Origin: Clostridia bacterium
Lineage (GTDB): Bacteria; Bacillota; Clostridia; RUG12999
Length of the DNA: 64,000 nt
Reading direction: 5' to 3'
NCBI GenBank assembly: GCA_045580815.1
Contig: JAZNOL010000048.1
Coordinates: forward strand, 49,357 to 113,356
The position numbers were made by a program, and so were the translations under genes. The notes beneath the pieces were generated by a model. It was not told where the DNA came from. It searched no databases and was given only the letters and a program-made list of their open reading frames with translations. The stretch's first letter is position 1. Each line of letters begins with the position of its first letter. Of the stretch, positions 59,902 to 64,000 are shown in pieces.

Positions 59902-62900
59902 TTAAACAAGTGCAGTTGTTTTGGATAAGTCTTCGGTTTTTTGTGGTACTATATCAGCAAAAATACCTCCCGATGCATTTTCGAGCATGAGTTTGATTCT
60001 GTTAAGCTGATTAACTTTGCTGGCACTTGGGTCGTAGTCAACGGCAACAATGTTTGCGTTTTGGCATATCTCTTTTATTTTTTTGATAATACCTTTGCCA
60101 ACAATGTGATTAGGCAAACATCCAAACGGTTGAGTACATACAATGTTGTTGATACCATGCTTAATCATCGTTACAATTTCTCCGGCAAGATACCAGCCTT
60201 CGCCGCATTGGTTGCCGATGCTGACAACCTCAGAAGCATTTTTTTGAATTTCTTTTATGCTATGATCAGGTTCAAAATGTACACTTTTGCCGAGTGCTTC
60301 ATTAACAGAGGTTAAAAACAGTGTTATTACTTTTTCAGCAACATTGTTAAAGAAACTGGTTACTTTTGATTTTCCTAGATTTTTTGCGCGGTATATGGCA
60401 TTTTCACAGCAGTATTCCAAAAATCCAACAAGTGATGGCACAACAGCCTGAGCACCTTCACTTTCAAGTAAATCAACGAGATGGTTGTTTGCAAACGGCA
60501 TATATTTTACCAAAATTTCGCCTACAATACCAACTTTAGGTTTCGACACATTATCGTAAATCGGCAAATTGTCAAAATCTTCAATCATACCAAAAATATT
60601 TTGCTTGAATTTTTTAAATCCGTATGCAGAAGATGATATGTCAGCTATACAAATTTGTTTCCACTTTTCGTAAAGACTGTTTGCACTGCCGGCTTCTTTT
60701 TCATACGGACGCATACGATAAAGCACTTTCATAAGCGTGTCGCCATATGCTACAGCGTGTGCTGTTTTAACAACAAGCTTTGGTGTTACTTTTAGTCCGG
60801 AATGCTTTTCAAGTCCTGTGAAATTAAGGGATAATACAGGTATAAAACCGTATCCTGCCATATTAAGCGCACGGCGAATAAGGCTTACATAGTTTGATGC
60901 ACGGCATCCACCGCCGGTTTGCGACATAATAAACGCAAGCTTGTGGACATCATATCTGCCGGATAAAACTGCTTCCATCATCTGACCGATAACAATAAGT
61001 GCAGGGTAACAAGCATCATTGTTTACATACTGCAGTCCAAGGTCAATGACTTTTTGCCCTTCTGTACGCATCATTTCAATTCTGTAGCCGCTTTCTCTAA
61101 ATGCCGCTTCAAGAAAATCAAAATGAATAGGGGACATAGGCGGACACAAAATAGTGTATCCGTCATTTTTCATTTGTTCAGTAAATTCGATGTATGTAAA
61201 ATCTTTGTTTTCGTAAGACGGGAAAGTAAGACTTTCGCGCATACGTAAAGCTGCCAGCATTGACCGTACACGAATTCTTGCGGCACCTAAGTTATTAACT
61301 TCGTCAATTTTCAAAAGCGTGTACATTTTACCGCTTTTATACAGAATTTCAGCAACCTGGTCAGCAGTTACAGCATCAAGACCGCATCCGAATGAATTAA
61401 GCTGAATCATATCAAGAAGCGGATTTTGACAAACGTACTCGGCACAGCGATAAAGCCGTGAGTGATACATCCACTGGTTAGTTACTCTGAGTATTTTTGT
61501 TTCGGCAAGATGCGAAACGCAGTCTTCGGTTAAAACGGCAACACCGTAGCTGTGCAGCATTTCTGGTATTCCGTGATTGATTTCCGGGTCAAGATGGTAC
61601 GGTCTGCCTGCAAGCACAATACCGCGGCGATTGTTGTTTTTCATCCATAAAATAGCTTCGTCTCCGGCTTTTTCAACGTCTGCTCTGAATTTCAAAAGTT
61701 CTTCCCAACCGGCATGACAAGCAGATTTGATTTCGCCTTTAGATATGTTGAATTCTTCGGCAAAGAATTTACACAGTGCATCGGTAAGAATTTTTTCGTT
61801 TGTAAAAGCAATAAACGGATGTAAAAAACGTACATTGTTTTCGTTAAGAGATTCCATGTTATTTTTTATGTTTTCCGGATAAGACATAACCATTGGACAG
61901 TTAAAATGATTTTGTGCTGTCTTGTCCTCCTGGCGTTCATAAAATACGCAAGGGTAAAAAATGGTTTTAACACCACTATCTATAAGCCATTGAATATGTC
62001 CATGTGCAATTTTTGCAGGATAACACTCCGATTCGCTCGGAATAGACTCCATACCGAGTGAAAATATGTTTCTGTCAGAAAACGGCGAAATCTTTACGGA
62101 AAATCCTAATTTTTTAAAAAATATTGCCCAAAACGGATAGTCTTCATAAAGGTTGAGCACACGCGGAATACCTATAACTCCACGTGGTGCGTCGTTTTTA
62201 TCAAGAGGTGCATAATCAAATGTGCGTTTTTTCTTGTATTCAAATAAGTTGGGTGCATCATTTGACGATGATTTTGAACCAAGTCCTTTTTCACAGCGGT
62301 TGCCAGAAATATGTGTGCGACCACCGGAAAAACGGTTTACTGTAAGACGGCAACGGTTTTCACAGCCTTTGCAATGAGTAACTGAGGTGTCATAGTGTAC
62401 ACTAATCATTTCTTCAAGATTAAGAGGCTTTGCCAAATCGGCGCAATAACGTTCTTTTGCAATAAGAGCAGCACCAAAAGCACCCATTATACCCGCTATA
62501 TCCGGACGTATTGCAAATGTGCCTGAAACTTTTTCAAAGCTTCTCAATACGGCATCGTTGTAAAAGGTGCCGCCTTGTGCAACAATTTTTTTGCCGAGAG
62601 ATTCGCTGTTAGTAAGTTTTATAACTTTAAACAGTGCATTTTTAATAACCGAGTAAGCAAGTCCGGCTGCAATGTCAGAAACATCTGCGCCTTCCTTTTG
62701 TGCCTGTTTTACGTTGGAATTCATAAATACGGTGCATCGTGTACCTAAATCCAGCGGGGTTTTTGAAAATAAAGCCTTTTGGGCAAATTCCTGAGCGGTA
62801 TAATTCATGGAATTTGCAAAGTTTTCTATAAATGAGCCGCAACCTGAAGAACAGGCTTCGTTAAGCAAAATTGTATCAACGTATCCGTCTTTAATTTTTA

Positions 62901-64000
62901 TGCATTTCATGTCTTGCCCGCCAATGTCCAAAATGCAATCAACTTCAGGTTCGAAGAAACGTGCGGCATAAAAATGGGCAATTGTTTCCACTTCGCCTTC
63001 ATTTAAACAAAAGGCGTCTTGCATAAGATTTTCACCATACCCTGTTGAGCACGCATATACAAGATTTGCTGTTATGGGCATAAGTGATTTTATTTCGGAA
63101 AATGCATTCTGTGCGGTTTTTATGGGGTCGCCCTGGTTGTTGGCATAAAAAGAATATAATAATTCTCCGTTTTCAGAAATTACAGCAATCTTTGTAGTTG
63201 TGGAACCGGCATCAACACCCATAAAACAGTTGCCGCTGTATGTTTTCAAATCGGCTTTTTTCACGCAGTAGCTGTTTTGACGGCTGATGAATGCATCGTA
63301 ATCCTCTTTTGTTTCAAAAAGAGGATCAAGACGTGAAATTTCTGCGGTAATTTTAGTGTCATTAGCAAGCTTTTCGGCAAAGCTTTGTACATCGAAAAAT
63401 TCAGTTGCATTATGCTGAGCATATATAGAAGCACCCAATGCCGCAAAAAGATGTGAATTTTCGGGAGAAATTGCTGTTTCGTCCGAAAGTTTAAGTGTTT
63501 CTTTAAAAGCCTTGCGTAAATTTTTAAGATAGTGAAGCGGTCCACCTAAAAAAGCCACATTACCGCGTATAGGTCTGCCGCAGGCAAGTCCGCTGATTGT
63601 CTGATTTACAACAGCCTGAAAAACCGATGCTGCAAGGTCTTCTCGTGCGGCACCGTCATTTATAAGCGGCTGAATATCGGTTTTTGCAAAAACGCCGCAC
63701 CGTGCCGCAATTGGATAAACCATTTTGGCATTTTCTGCCAAATCATCAAGTCCGGAGGCATCAGTTTGCAAAAGTGCAGCCATCTGGTCAATAAATGAGC
63801 CTGTTCCGCCTGCACATATGCCGTTCATACGTTGCTCCATACCGTTTGTAAGGTATATAATTTTGGCGTCTTCACCACCAAGTTCAATAGCTACATCAAC
63901 TGTACGGTCAAGACGTTTGAGAGCCGTTGTGACAGAAATAACCTCCTGTACAAAACCTGCATTTATTGCTTTGGCAATACCCATTCCGCCACTACCGGTA
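59902..64000 (-). CDS. Giant acyl-CoA dehydratase activase-related fusion protein (tandem BcrAD/BadFG ATPase domains + dehydratase-like C-terminal half); N-terminus lies beyond the window
   Basis: The frame is open to base 64000. It contains NGICAGGTGSFIDQMA and a second ATPase start MGVDAGSTTTKIAVISENG...ILDIGGQDMKCIKI...CSSGCGSFIE. A Cys cluster follows (CKGCENRCRLTV), then a long 2-hydroxyacyl-CoA-dehydratase-like region. Confidence 0.8.
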   Translation of the reverse strand, partial: TGSGGMGIAKAINAGFVQEVISVTTALKRLDRTVDVAIELGGEDAKIIYLTNGMEQRMNGICAGGTGSFIDQMAALLQTDASGLDDLAENAKMVYPIAARCGVFAKTDIQPLINDGAAREDLAASVFQAVVNQTISGLACGRPIRGNVAFLGGPLHYLKNLRKAFKETLKLSDETAISPENSHLFAALGASIYAQHNATEFFDVQSFAEKLANDTKITAEISRLDPLFETKEDYDAFISRQNSYCVKKADLKTYSGNCFMGVDAGSTTTKIAVISENGELLYSFYANNQGDPIKTAQNAFSEIKSLMPITANLVYACSTGYGENLMQDAFCLNEGEVETIAHFYAARFFEPEVDCILDIGGQDMKCIKIKDGYVDTILLNEACSSGCGSFIENFANSMNYTAQEFAQKALFSKTPLDLGTRCTVFMNSNVKQAQKEGADVSDIAAGLAYSVIKNALFKVIKLTNSESLGKKIVAQGGTFYNDAVLRSFEKVSGTFAIRPDIAGIMGAFGAALIAKERYCADLAKPLNLEEMISVHYDTSVTHCKGCENRCRLTVNRFSGGRTHISGNRCEKGLGSKSSSNDAPNLFEYKKKRTFDYAPLDKNDAPRGVIGIPRVLNLYEDYPFWAIFFKKLGFSVKISPFSDRNIFSLGMESIPSESECYPAKIAHGHIQWLIDSGVKTIFYPCVFYERQEDKTAQNHFNCPMVMSYPENIKNNMESLNENNVRFLHPFIAFTNEKILTDALCKFFAEEFNISKGEIKSACHAGWEELLKFRADVEKAGDEAILWMKNNNRRGIVLAGRPYHLDPEINHGIPEMLHSYGVAVLTEDCVSHLAETKILRVTNQWMYHSRLYRCAEYVCQNPLLDMIQLNSFGCGLDAVTADQVAEILYKSGKMYTLLKIDEVNNLGAARIRVRSMLAALRMRESLTFPSYENKDFTYIEFTEQMKNDGYTILCPPMSPIHFDFLEAAFRESGYRIEMMRTEGQKVIDLGLQYVNNDACYPALIVIGQMMEAVLSGRYDVHKLAFIMSQTGGGCRASNYVSLIRRALNMAGYGFIPVLSLNFTGLEKHSGLKVTPKLVVKTAHAVAYGDTLMKVLYRMRPYEKEAGSANSLYEKWKQICIADISSSAYGFKKFKQNIFGMIEDFDNLPIYDNVSKPKVGIVGEILVKYMPFANNHLVDLLESEGAQAVVPSLVGFLEYCCENAIYRAKNLGKSKVTSFFNNVAEKVITLFLTSVNEALGKSVHFEPDHSIKEIQKNASEVVSIGNQCGEGWYLAGEIVTMIKHGINNIVCTQPFGCLPNHIVGKGIIKKIKEICQNANIVAVDYDPSASKVNQLNRIKLMLENASGGIFADIVPQKTEDLSKTTALV

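Overview
The window reads as a 64-kb chromosomal segment of a low-GC Gram-positive anaerobe (Clostridia-like). Supporting signs are whiA, csoR-copA, many near-consensus sigma-A promoters (TTGACA-17-TATAAT), GGAGG-type ribosome-binding sites (RBS) and dispersed GTAGGGG...CCCCTAC hairpins. I support about 50 protein genes, 2 tRNAs (Pro-GGG, Arg-CCT) and many intrinsic terminators. I saw no rRNA, CRISPR array, transposase, integrase or reverse transcriptase.

Most of the window is housekeeping: rnj, dtd, murA, whiA, dnaE, serC-serA, rlmD, copper homeostasis, transporters and sugar-active enzymes.

The parts I consider worth a second look are:
1. 57.1-58.6 kb: a DUF5685-type protein that appears to carry both Asp-rich motifs of squalene/phytoene-synthase-like enzymes. 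It sits next to an HPD-less J-like protein ending in a 10-Cys tail (-PCC).
2. 40.1-46.3 kb: a duplicated cassette of two membrane-anchored WG-repeat proteins with conserved promoters and terminators. One copy is preceded by a ~175-nt structured, terminator-containing leader. Both are preceded by a 126-nt nested-hairpin element. The larger gene has 105/108-bp near-identical tandem repeats.
3. 18.4-20.9 kb: a one-polypeptide XRE-HTH + cupin + acyl-CoA synthetase fusion, with an upstream palindrome and an Ile-rich leader sORF.
4. 33.97-35.17 kb: a small AT-rich islet downstream of rlmD. It holds an iteron-like GTGAAGTT array, an Avd/23S-IVS-type four-helix-bundle gene broken by an in-frame TAA, and a frameshifted HNH homing-type endonuclease.
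5. 46.3-46.5 kb: copA with a C-terminally fused CopZ-like HMA (heavy-metal-associated) domain that keeps its own in-frame SD+ATG.

None of these is proven to be a new system. All functional readings beyond motif recognition are inference, made without database searches.
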